Positions 49,001-58,793 of a stretch of DNA of 64,000 nucleotides are shown here, one piece after another. A model generated the notes under the pieces. That model did no database searches, was not told the origin of the DNA, and saw only the letters and a list, made by a program, of their open reading frames with translations. Each line of letters begins with the position of its first letter. Positions within the stretch are counted from its first letter, which is position 1. Both the position numbers and the translations under genes were made by a program. The stretch is from Caecitellus pseudoparvulus (taxonomy: Eukaryota; Protista; Bigyra: Bicosoecida): the NCBI GenBank assembly GCA_965644315.1, contig CBFFRQ010000067.1:806001-870000 (forward strand), in the 5' to 3' direction.

Positions 49001-49460
49001 TGCCAGCCATGTCCCGCTGCAGCGGCTCCGCGCCAGCGCCCAGTTGCAGCAGCATCTCCACAATGTCTGCGTGGCCCAGCGACGCTGCCAAGTGCAGCAG
49101 CGTGCTACCACCCTCTGGATCTGCAGCTCTGACGGCTGACGGGCTCTCCTGCAGGGCGTGGCGGAGGGCTGCCGGCTCGTTTGCGGCCACAGCTGCAGCC
49201 GCTGTGGCACTCCAATCCCCGCCCTGCTGGAGCATTGTACGGCTCTCAGAGGGCGACGGTGCCTTCTTGGGTGAGGTTTCGGGAAAGAAACGAGTGGAAA
49301 GGGAGCTAAGTAGGCCTTTCTTCCGCCCTGGGCTCCTGCTGGCCCGCGGCGAGCTTGCGTTTGGCGCTGCGGCGTTTTCGGCGGAGGGTGGCGCCGTGCT
49401 TGTAGGCGAGCGAGCGAGCGGCATTTCCGCCGCCTGTGCGGCGCTCTGCGGCACACTCAT
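46050..49460 (-). CDS. Ankyrin-repeat protein fused to an XK-related (Xkr-like) multi-TM domain
   Basis: About 12 canonical ankyrin repeats (GxTPLHxAA), then YVDVISDVLVA...AEVVFESTPQALLQ...LSIGLSILSL (ESxPQ motif of the XK family). Likely start MSVPQ at 49460. Confidence 0.8.
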   Translation of the reverse strand: MSVPQSAAQAAEMPLARSPTSTAPPSAENAAAPNASSPRASRSPGRKKGLLSSLSTRFFPETSPKKAPSPSESRTMLQQGGDWSATAAAAVAANEPAALRHALQESPSAVRAADPEGGSTLLHLAASLGHADIVEMLLQLGAGAEPLQRDMAGNTALHVAAMAGASGVIAALGAALDPELVADEDRNAAGLTPLMAAAAGGKAIALRALLEAFPQADPLAHTDTGATALHLAAERGFNDVLQVLVRQGKAFVDAVDDAGATPLHVAASAGQARTLYHLVSRLGAGLNSTDSQRCTALHRAWSGKHVEAVQVLLQLGAKALPRGGGGGAAPSRGGATLLHMAAAEPSFWSIVPTLVTACGLRPSAVDAAGRTPLHIAAEVGNFDTLTYLLGVGANPSARDPQGATPVHLAAAQGRYACVAYLVSAHSGAASINARDARGRTPLHWAVVTAAGAPLTAKLITAHGADVHAADVDGDTPLHAAVRAAEAGAVSTLMARGANPFLLNDMGESPWSLCDMEVSGRLIRMQRLTAWGLLGSLLLTVVLNYVDVISDVLVAAEMVRQNNPIFFTLVVSCVSFTAVMAAVVAYKGRIPDGTRCEKVTIASVAFLQLLPALEFFLDLVSLGTRVPLFQDRIRDHRFAEVVFESTPQALLQVFIVLSSLAQAEVVAGVQYLSIGLSILSLTVFYVLFLDIRANGITNAVTFVAWSMRTLLVSSRIGSLVVLSLLTRNVYGIIPALVADVLLATGVTTWWTGRVQWQAWRHTFGWQAPFPATVLIPQSSIYRVLTTRVVLDCALAGVTAVVAVATPGVPLAWYIVALFAVVGLAVGYTLALGLLPRMLPQRGSPFWTPPPTGTHVVSVDSVEGSSRRGAHKRNLYLSHRTLALAPAGAKGGTSTITDASSVGASQSPTQSLRGDDPLPMRPPHLALLATGSAPSTTTTASQHSQSSPLALAAAQSDSDSSDSSDSAFPPTHNRRPSAVRRSQSDQGTPTTSAFAHASATGVGAPASPSREGIPRSASLSHSRGHLPKRRLSPVRRSANAAGRTARHIPSRAARNPMLTTAKPFSAHTGRDFHRRISLLMSEHATRSEDSFADEYSPKPRGGTAPHRKARGSVSALSFNLHRRSSALPSSPVSPAALR

Positions 49461-50256
49461 TGTGAAGGAGGGCGGGCCTGTCTCGTTTCCACCTAGGGAA
49501 GTGGGGTCCACAGTGCAGGCGCCAGGCAGCGAGGGCGGGGGGCGCTGCTCTGTGCAAGGCGCCACAGCCGTGATTGAGTGTCCTGTGGGGCAGAAGGCAT
49601 GGGGCAGTGCAGGACACATGGGGAACAGGGACAGGAAGCGGCGCCGCCACGTGAAGGAATTCAACCCCTTCTCGCGTGGCATTGGTTCGTTCAGGCCCAA
49701 ACGTCCCACTGGCAGGCTGGGCGGCGGCGCAGCTGTCACCCTGCGCCGTCGCCGCGACGCAGCTGCAGCCGCACTGCCTCTCCCAGCCGCCAGGGACACA
49801 GTGTGGAAGCAGGGCTTCGAACAAGGCCACCCACCTTGCGCAAAGCAGTGACCTCCTTGCCAGAGGGGGGACCAACGCGGCGGTGCTGCGGTCACGACTG
49901 CCGCGCGGCAGATTCCTCTTGACAGCTGCTCCAGCCAAGTCTGGTGCTGGTGATGGTGGACGGCGGTGGACTTGAACCGTGCGCAGCGGGGCGAACGAGC
50001 AGTGGGTGCAGCGCAACGCGCCGGCAACCGGGAGGTGACTGGGAAGTCCCTATTTGCATTGTGTTTCAGCGGCTTCCTTTGTGGGAATGAGTGCTCGTGC
50101 GAGCGTGCACGCTGCACAGGGGACACTGGCTTGGCCGCGCCGCCACCTCTCCGCAGCGCAGTCAGGGCCGCCACTGGAGGGCGCAGGCCATGCAGTAGTA
50201 CCCTCGGACGACACACTCAGGGCGTCGCTCAGTGCAGGGCGCACTGGAGTCTCCCG

Positions 50257-51010
50257 TCAGCCAGAGCGTTTCGGGGGGGGCTGGTGCGTGCCTGCCGCTT
50301 CGCCCGGCGCCTGGCCACGTCGCACGTGCCGACCTTGCCTGCCCCGGCGCTTTCCACCAGCCTGTGGCTTGCTCTGGGGCGGAGGCGGGGCCTCAATGCC
50401 CAGCGCTGCAGCGCATTTGCGCAGCAAGCGCTTCAGCTGCCCGTTGCGCACCTTGCGGCACGCTGTCGCAACGTCCAGCCACGCCACATCCTCCGTCTCA
50501 TCTGACAGGGCGGCAGGGGTGCTGGCAGGGCACGTGCCCGTGAACCAGTGCACTGTCTTGTCATGCACCGCGCCTTCCTTGCGCCTGTACGTGTAGTGGA
50601 TGGTGTGCCTCCAATCGGGCAGCAGCGTCACCGCATCGGGCGGCACGCCTGACTCCTCGTGCAGCTCACGGAGGGCAGTGGCGCGCAGACTCGCGTCGCC
50701 TGGCTCGACATGCCCCTTGCAGCAGCCCCACATGTGGGTGAGGTTGCTCTTGATCAGCAGCACGTCCTGCGGGCGGTAGGTGAGGCGGCGTGGTGACAAG
50801 TCGCCGCCAGTCCTGTCGCTGCGTGGCACGCACAGTGCCACGGAACAAGACCACCCCACACGACACGTGGTGATGCACACCCTCCTCATCGGTCCACCTG
50901 CCCAGCGGCATGTCTGCATGGTCCTCTGCGGGAAGCTGGGCCGCGCCTGTGGCGTCCTGGCCCAGGCAAGGTGCGGTAATTGCTTCGCCGCTCGCCGCCA
51001 CCGCAGCCAT
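50257..51010 (-). CDS. Nudix hydrolase, Ap4A-hydrolase (NUDT2)-like; exons 51010-50834 and 50766-50257
   Basis: SCGVVLFRGT|DVLLIK..WGCCKGHVEPGDASLRATALRELHEESG (Nudix box) and KTVHWF. 67-nt intron gtgcgt..ccgcag. Confidence 0.85.
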
Positions 51011-51138
51011 GGCGTAGCGTGGGCGGTGTGGAGTGTGCAACGCACACGCATTGCATTTCAAGTACATGAGTTTGGATACTCCCCGACAAAGAATGTGACC
51101 AAGGCAGCTGACTGTGGCCGCCCCACACCTTACACGCC

Positions 51139-53457
51139 TCACGAGCTGCGCGCAGTCATCAGCGGGTTGGGTGTGTCCAGGGCTGCCACAGTCGGCGCCC
51201 GGGGCGGAGCAGCGGGGGCGCGACGAGGAGGGCCCGGAGGTTTGCCTGTCTGGGCGGGGCTGGTCGCCCCGGACTGGCTCTGGCGACTCACGCGGCGGGA
51301 GGAGCGCTGTCCCAGCAGCCGCTTCACGGAGCTGTTGCGCCCGGATCGACTAGGCAGCATGGCGGCACGCTTGGCATCTGCAGGCGTCTGCATGACGCTG
51401 GCAAGGAGGCTGCTCATGCGCTGCGTCGTGGGGGACGCCCCACTCCCTCCGCGCATGGACCGGCCGGCGAGGCTGGCGCGGGGCGCCCTGCCGTCCAGAC
51501 CACCCGGTCGCTTGGCAAGGGAGGGGCCCCGCACTGCGATGGAGGCACGTCGCACGGCGACCTTGACACGGGCCTGCGACTGGTTCACGGCGCGGTTGAA
51601 GCGTTGGGACTGGCGCTTGACAAGGAAGAACAGGCACACAAACAGGAACAGCGCGTTGCACACTGTGAGGAAGACACTGATGGGGACGGGGTCGATGGGG
51701 GCGGTGGCAGGCTCCTCTGCCGCAGCTTGCAGCAACACACCCCCGCACAGCGTCAGCACTGACAAGTGCAAACTGGCCGCTTCCAGGTGGTTCAAGCGCC
51801 GCAGCACGAAGGGCTGCAGGGAACTGGACAGACCCAGCGCCGCCGTGAGGGTGACGGCGGCGAAGGCCACCTGCGGCAGGAGGCCAAAGGGTCGCAGAAC
51901 GATGAGCAGCGTGGCGAGGGCTGCCTTGCGAGCCATGACCACCACTTCATACCCGAAAGCCGTTTTTGTGTACCCAAGGTACGTGAATCCCAGTGTGGCG
52001 ACGACCTTGGGGGAGGAAAACAGCTTGGACCGCTGCCAACGCAGGGCGATGTGCAGGGCGAGCGGGAAACCGATCAAGAACAGCACGGAAGCCGGAACAC
52101 CAATGCCCAGACGCCAGTGTGCCGTGGAGGCATCACATGGCGTGTCAGGGTCAGCTGTGAGCACCGAGTGCCCAGCAACCGTCTCACACGAGAACAGCTG
52201 CGTGGTGGCTCGAATAAGGCCGGTGTAGAGGAGGAACGCCGTCACGAAGAAGAAGAGAAGGAAGCGGCGGCGGGCAGCACGGAAGTCCATGCGACCGACC
52301 ACCACCAGCACTGCCAGGACGGTCAGAACGCAGCCCAGGAACGCGAGGGGGAAGGCAAACGTGACGGCGGTTTTGATTTGGAAGGCGGTCCAATCGCCAC
52401 GCTCGGCAGACTCCCGCGCACATTCAGGCGACAGCACTGCCGTGCTGGCAGAGGAAGCAATGTCCGAGACAGTCATGAGGGACGCCAGCGGGTCGGGCCA
52501 CGCCAGCTGGAACTGCAGCATGAGGGAGGTCTGCTGCAGGTGGTTCAGGAGAATTTTCTGCAGGCCGCCTGCCTCGTACTGCAGGTCAGTGAGGGTCATG
52601 GTGTTCATGTAGAAGCGAGCCAAGAAGCAGATGAGGGCGCTGCCGCCCACCACCACCAACATGAGCACGGCCAGCGCGGCCGCCCTGCCTGAGGAACACG
52701 GCTCACAGCGCTCGCTCGTGCCGGCTCGTCCGTAGCCGAGTGAGCAGCTGGAGCAACGCAGGCCTGTGTGCCCAGTGGCGCACCCCTCTGCGTGCGTTGA
52801 GATGGGGGCACTGGACGGCCCGCCTAGCAAGAATGCCTCCGGGGTGGCAACTGCCATGGACGCGTTCACTGCCTGGCTGTCGTGGCGGTAGAGCGGCGAC
52901 ATGGCGGTTGGGGTGCAGCGCCAACCGCCGTTGCACTGCTCCCACAAGGCGCCCAACCACGCAGGCACTGGCAGGGGGGCGTGTCTGAACTCCGGACACG
53001 CCTCGGGCAGACTGCAGGGCAAGAAGGCCAGACCAGCCTCCGACCACGGCACACGGTAGAAGCCAGCCGCGTTGCGCATGCCCTCCCACGGCAAGCCATC
53101 ACACAGCGCCCCAACAGGGCATGGCTGGCAGAGAACGGCGCTCCACATGGGCGGCTCAGCCAGCAGGTGGTACGTGGTCAGCATGTCTGACGGCCCACAC
53201 GTCGGCAGTACGGGGGATGGGTACCATGCAGGCGGTCCGTCCATGCGCCGGTCGCCCAGGGCCGTGCCGGCAGCCACACCGACTGACACCGCCCCGGGCA
53301 GGCCATGCTCCACGCTGAGTTGCAGGAATGGCCCCGCGGGAATCGCATCTCGAGGGCGCGTACCGCAGGCTGCCGGCAGGGTGGCCAGCGTCTGCACGCG
53401 TGCCTCGACACCTGCGTCACCTTGCAGAGTGAAGGTCGCGCGGCCTTCAGCACTACC
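51139..53457 (-). pseudogene. 3' part of a giant surface receptor-like gene (Cys-rich domain + ~7 TM + basic tail), separated from its 5' part by the Ngaro insertion
   Basis: CQPCPVGALCDG, CATGHTGLRCSSCSLGYGR, KILLNHLQQ and LFSCETV plus TM helices. Rejoins 59282 in frame as NATVR-G-SAEGR. Confidence 0.85.
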
Positions 53458-53631
53458 GAGGTTGCCGGCACCCCAGCCGGCAACCATGTTTCCCGGCAGG
53501 AGGGGCGGCGGGCAGTCCCACGCTAGTGGCACAATTGTCCCCCGCCGCCCCAACGCAGAGTAGACGACGGCAGGACCGGGCATGACAAAACCAGTCATTA
53601 GCCGGCCTCGTCACTCTCTTTCCTTTTTTTT
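53456..53631 (+). repeat. Split direct repeat A1 (176 bp)
   Basis: Matches 58944-59119 and, inverted, 37921-38096 and 36328-36503. Confidence 0.97.
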
Positions 53632-53635
53632 CGAG

Positions 53636-55718
53636 ATGGCATCGGATGATCCAGCTTCCAGCGACACGGAGGGCGGAAGCTGGGAGGACATCCACGACAA
53701 AATGATGTCTGTCAACTCCGCCAAGCAAGCCAAGGCGCTCATAACGGAGCAGGAGTTCGAGTACTGGCTGAAGTGGGCGGATTCTGAGGATTTTTGGTAA
53801 GATGGAGGCCGCTTGGCGCCTCCGGGAGGTGCCCGAGGGATTCCGGGCAGATCGCATGCGATCCCTCATTGCGGGCAGAGCTTTCCGCCTCCCCGCTGAC
53901 GGTGCCCCTCATCGCGCAGGCGGCTCACCACGGGGGCACGGCACGAAGCGAACCCGTCCGCGCGGTGCGAGCAGTGGCACGCCCTACGGCCCGCACCTAC
54001 CCCCGCGCCCGACCCAGCCGGACGCAGTCGCAGGCGACCTCCCGCAAGATCCCGCCACAGTGCTTACGTGGTTCCTGCAGAGGGGAGCGACGGTGCCGAG
54101 CGAGGACGTCGCCGTGCAGCTGCAGTTCTACGTGGGCTTGGCAACGGAGGAGACATCGCCGTACGCCCTCTCCGCTTGGCCTCCACGGCGCTTCGCCGCA
54201 TGGTGCAGACTCAACGGTATTCCCCCCGACCTCACCCCCGACGACATCGTGATGCATTTGCAGCGGGTCCTGGAGGCCGCGCTGGCGGGCGACGACGACT
54301 TTGGCGACGACGATGCCGGCGCCCCGTTCTTTCCCGTTTTCCCGGGCACCACACCGGATGCCGCCCGGTTACAGCCCCGTGCGGCGGCCCCGGGTCACCC
54401 CCGGCCTCCAAGAGGCACAGGGCGGCCTATAGCCCGCAGCCCCCCTCCCCCGTGGGGCGGCGGAGCCTCGCCGGCAGTCCACCCCGAAGGCGGGTCGGCT
54501 GTTTTCGGTCACATGGGGGAGAACAGCGGTCGGTCGTCGCCAGCCGACGAGGTACTGGTCACTGTAGGCGCGCTGCGGGTCATTGGGCCGACCGCACACC
54601 CCTCGTCGGCGGTGGCCCGGGACCGCCTGTCAGCCTTGGGGGCAGTTTTCGCTGCGGGGACCACAGACGCCTTGACCACGGTGGCTGTCGAGATGGCTGA
54701 GGCTGCTGCACGAGAGGTGCCCGCAGCAACGGGCCCAGTGCCGTCAGGTACGTTCCTGTCCCGCCAGCTCCCCCCCCACTCGCCCCGCGTGCCCGCTCCC
54801 GGCGACCCGTCCTGGCTCACAGCCCCCGGCGATGAGGTAGCCCCGCCGTCCGCGTCGGTCATGATGGACGACGCTATGGACGTAGTGACTGCTGTACGCC
54901 TGGTGCAAGGGAGGGTGGAAGTTACAGTTGACCCAACCCATCTAGTGGCAGTAACTGGGGCGGGTGCCCTGTCGGCATGCCACATGCTGGGCAACCGTGG
55001 GGGCGCTTGGTGGCTTGCTGCGATGACCAGGGACTTGCTGACGGCGCCTTCCGACGACCTCCACCGCTCCCTCCGAGCGTTCTGGTGGAAGTGGGCGTCC
55101 GAGGTGCCCGCCCTGGCAGACCAGCGGGGCCTGTGCCGAGCCATGGCGTGCGCACTCCTGATCACAATCGCAGTGCGGGCCGTGGCGCAGACCGCCGCTG
55201 CGTTGCCCGAAGGCCAGCGCAGGCGATGGGCCCAGCTGACGTGGGCCTCCTGGGTGGCCACGTTCCGCACTAACGCCACCATTGTCATGATGGCGTCGGC
55301 GACGGGGCAAGCACTGGTGGCCAGCTCGCTGGCGCGCGAGGCATGGGCGGCCGGGGCCGCCGCCACACCGATGCCAGGTGCGGGGGGCGGCCCGGCGCAA
55401 ACCCCCGCTCGTGGCCCTCCCGCGGGGCTGTACCGGCAGGACGACCCGAGCACATTCGTGTGGTGCCCCGGGTGCGTCGGATCCGACCGGCGGCGCCGGT
55501 CGCTGGCATCCTGCCCACGCCTGGCCCAGCATGTGGCCCACCTGCGCCGGACCCACACAGTCGGAGGTAAGCCCGCAGAACTTACCCAGGCGCAGGCAGT
55601 GGCCATGCTGGTGCGCCAGTGGGAGCGGAAGGTGGCATCCAAGGGACGTGACTTCCAGCGGCGCATGCAGCCCCGCGCTGTCACCACGGCCATGGTGGAG
55701 GCAGCTCTCAGCCTCTAG
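53636..55718 (+). CDS. Retroelement ORF1 (Gag-like); one extra T at 53791-53795 shifts the frame in this copy as sequenced
   Basis: The MASDD start reads straight into MEAAWRLRE in the second copy (T4) but not here (T5). A C-terminal CPGC...HLRRTH motif is present. Confidence 0.8.
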
Positions 55719-57938
55719 GAGGTGGGCCGGAGCGCGGTGGTGAGAGCGACCACGGGGTACCGGGCCGTGCCCGTGGAGTGGAGGGCTGCCGCCCCGCTCT
55801 CGACAGACCACCGCGCCATGGCCGTGCTCATCGAATCAATGGTCCAGCAGCTGCATGGGGACCGTTGTTGGACTCCACCGGGGCTCTTCGAGGACATCTT
55901 GCGTGGGGGCTTGGACTGGGGCCCCCACCCCGTGGTCTCATACTGGGGTTGCCAGGAGGCCCACGCTGACGTGTGTCCCGCATGCGGCGAGACCACTTCC
56001 AGATTACGGCAGCTTGAGCGGTGCGCAGCCATGCGACTGCTCACCGTGGTCACGCTGCGCGGGTGGGACCCCGCTTGGCTGCTGTTCCGCCGCCCCCCGG
56101 CAGCGGCATCCCCGTCCTCGGCATACGTGCTGCAGCCGCACGACGAGCGGGCGGGGGCAGCGGCCTATGACGCCTTCGCGGCTGCGCGCGTGCTGCAGCC
56201 GGTCACCCCCCAGCAGCTGCAGCAGCACCGAAAGATGGGGGGGCCAGCCGCTTCTGCCTTCGTTGTCACGACATGGGCCCCCCAGCCGGGCGTCAGCGAC
56301 GAAGCTCTGCGACAGTGGGCTGCTGCGAACCCAGGCGAGGCGGTGCAGGCCGCCAGCTCTTCCCGCGCGCCCGCCCGCCCGAGCCGCCTGTTCCGGGCCA
56401 AGCAGCGGGTGGTGTACGATCTGGCAGCCGTCAACCAGGCCTCAGTGAGCCCCCCATTCCACTACCCCACGCTGGAGAGCTGGGCGCTGCGCCTCCCGCC
56501 GAACTCGGACTGTGTTGTCCTGGACGTGGAAGCAGGGTACACGGCCATCCCCATCGCTCCGTCGGGCGCCGGACTGTTCACCATGCTCGCCCAGGGCAGG
56601 CCAGCCTTCCGCATGCTTCGGATGGCCTTCGGGTACAGCCCGGCCGGGGCCATTTTCTGCTTTTTTTCTGGACTTCTGGGCGCCAAGATCGAAGCGGCGT
56701 TCCCAGCAGGGCATGTGGTTGTGTACGTAGACGACGTCGGGCTTGGGGGAGCTACGTTGGGGCCACGGCCATCGATCGTGCCCAAGATAACTCAACTGTT
56801 CGAGGACGTGGGCTTCCGGGTGTCGCGCAAGAAGACGCAAGGGCCACAGCGCGTCGTTCAGTACTTGGGGATGGTGGTCAGGTGTGCCCCGTGTGGGGTG
56901 TACCTTGAGTGTCCTCAAGCCAAACGAACTCAGCTGCGGTGGCAGCTGGCCGCGGTCCTTAATCGCCTCGGCGCTTGCTCCACCATCCCCAAGCGCGTTT
57001 TCGCCGCGGTCACAGGGCGCTTGCACGGCCTGTCGGCCGTGGTGCCCCACGCAAAACAAACGCTGTCGCTCTTGTACGACACCATGCGCACACACAAGTA
57101 CCGCGTCGGCCCCCCCGGCGCTCTCGTGCCTGTCCCCCCGGCGTCGCACGGGGCCCTGCGGACCCTCCTTGAGGCCCTCGGTGGGCCGTTATCGACGGGC
57201 CCGATGCGCCCGCTCTCCCCACTGTCAAGCAGGTGGCGCGCCGCCCTCTTTGGCTCGTGCGACGCGTCGGGGGAAGGCGGGCTGGGGGCAACAGTGTCGA
57301 GGTGGGCAGGGCCAGGAGAACGCACAGACTCCGCTTGGTACGCGTCCATGCGCATCCCCGGCACAGCCCCGGGCGAGGAGCTCGTGGGAGCCTCCACGAT
57401 GCTGGAGCTGTACGCAATCGCCTTGGCTATGGCAATGGCGCGGCATGTTTTTCCCGAGCCGGGGCCGCTGCTGCTATGCCTAGCTGCGGACAGCCAGGCA
57501 GCGGTGGCGCTGGCGCGACGAGGGTACAGCAAGCACAGCCGTGAACTCACGCGCGTCTGCGGGGTCCTCGAGCGGGTTTCCCGCGTTTTGGACGTCCACT
57601 TGGCGCCTCGGTGGATCCCGAGGAGCCTGAATTGGCGGGCGGACGCCCTCAGCCACCCCGAAAGGGTGGATAGCAGCACACCGGCAGCGCTCGGCCTCCC
57701 GCCAGGGCAACCAGCCGAGCTGGAGGTATCAGCAGGGGGAAGCAGCGCCGCTGAGCGGTGGCATGATGTGTCCCTAGACGTAGGGCCGTCGGGAAAGGCC
57801 GGGGCGGGCACCGCGTGGATTCACTCAGCTCAACTCTCCGTCGCCCTGCACAGACACACTCTGGATAAGGAAGCAGACCTTCTGGCAGATGATCAGGGCC
57901 ATCCCCGCGTCCCCGATCAGCAGGATTCACCAACATAG
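55719..57938 (+). CDS. Retroelement ORF2: reverse transcriptase + RNase H, same frame as ORF1 after a single TAG
   Basis: RT motifs RVVYDLAAVN, LDVEAGY, MAFGYSPA, YVDD and YLG. RNase H motifs CDASGEGGLG, LELYAI, ADSQAAV and WIPRSLNWRADALS. Confidence 0.95.
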   Translation, partial: EVGRSAVVRATTGYRAVPVEWRAAAPLSTDHRAMAVLIESMVQQLHGDRCWTPPGLFEDILRGGLDWGPHPVVSYWGCQEAHADVCPACGETTSRLRQLERCAAMRLLTVVTLRGWDPAWLLFRRPPAAASPSSAYVLQPHDERAGAAAYDAFAAARVLQPVTPQQLQQHRKMGGPAASAFVVTTWAPQPGVSDEALRQWAAANPGEAVQAASSSRAPARPSRLFRAKQRVVYDLAAVNQASVSPPFHYPTLESWALRLPPNSDCVVLDVEAGYTAIPIAPSGAGLFTMLAQGRPAFRMLRMAFGYSPAGAIFCFFSGLLGAKIEAAFPAGHVVVYVDDVGLGGATLGPRPSIVPKITQLFEDVGFRVSRKKTQGPQRVVQYLGMVVRCAPCGVYLECPQAKRTQLRWQLAAVLNRLGACSTIPKRVFAAVTGRLHGLSAVVPHAKQTLSLLYDTMRTHKYRVGPPGALVPVPPASHGALRTLLEALGGPLSTGPMRPLSPLSSRWRAALFGSCDASGEGGLGATVSRWAGPGERTDSAWYASMRIPGTAPGEELVGASTMLELYAIALAMAMARHVFPEPGPLLLCLAADSQAAVALARRGYSKHSRELTRVCGVLERVSRVLDVHLAPRWIPRSLNWRADALSHPERVDSSTPAALGLPPGQPAELEVSAGGSSAAERWHDVSLDVGPSGKAGAGTAWIHSAQLSVALHRHTLDKEADLLADDQGHPRVPDQQDSPT

Positions 57939-58788
57939 GCTGGCAAAGGGGACGGTGGTCAAGTACGTTCGCGCGGTTGCTGGCCTGATCAGGGCCGCTC
58001 CAGCACCCCGGGACAGGGCGCGGACCATGGTGGGCATCTTAACGGGCGGCGTGGCCGCAGGCAGATGGGCCCCCCATCGGGCGAAGCAGATCCTGGCGCA
58101 ATGGGTCGGTGGTTTTAGGTATCTGGGCCTGCCAATCCCGTCGCTAGCCCCGCTGGGGCTCACAGTCGGCAGCATCTGCCGGGCAATCCGCCGGCTCCAC
58201 CGAGGGAGAGGGGAGCAACACCGCCGCCCTATCAGCAAAGAACAAGTCATGGAGGCCATGAAGCGGGCATGGGACGGGCCACACCTCGGGAGGCATGCCC
58301 CAACTGCCGCCGCAGCTATCTACATCGGCTTTCATGGCATGTGCAGGCCGGGAGAGCTCCGGGGCCTGCGATGGGAGGAGTTGCACTTCGGGCGGGCGGG
58401 CCCCCTGCAGTGGGTGGAGGCCAGGGTCACGGATAAAACGCACCTGAGTGCAAACCGCCACATCCAGGTGGTGCGCCAGGCCGAGTGGGCGGGGGCCTTC
58501 GACCGCCTCCGGGAGCAGGCCCGGGACAAGCGGGGAAGCCTGCTCCCAAGGTGGGCGTGGCTCAGCCTGCAAGGCATCCTGAAGGCTGTAGCGGGCGTGT
58601 CCTTGGCCCACCTGAGACCCGGGGGCAATATGTTCTGGACAGGCCGGGCCCCCGACGTCTTGGTGGAGCACGCGGCGGGCTGGGCGGCTGGCTCCCCCAC
58701 CCGGGCACGATACTACACCCAGGGGGGGGGGGAGGGGGCGAGGCTGTGGCACGAGGCCATGACACCCAGGGGAGGAAGCAAGCATTGA
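57854..58788 (+). CDS. Retroelement ORF3: tyrosine recombinase (3' exon of the inferred spliced mRNA; first internal ATG at 57889)
   Basis: Catalytic R (GMCRPGEL), K (DKT), HxR (HLR), W (AGW) and Y (RYY). Overlaps the ORF2 end in the +1 frame and stops just before B1. Confidence 0.93.
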
Positions 58789-58793
58789 AAAGT

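Noticed and set aside
53582-53635. Upstream ATG (MTKPVIS) as the ORF1 start
   Set aside because: It lies inside structured repeat A and crosses a T-run. The ATG at 53636, just outside the repeat, is more plausible.
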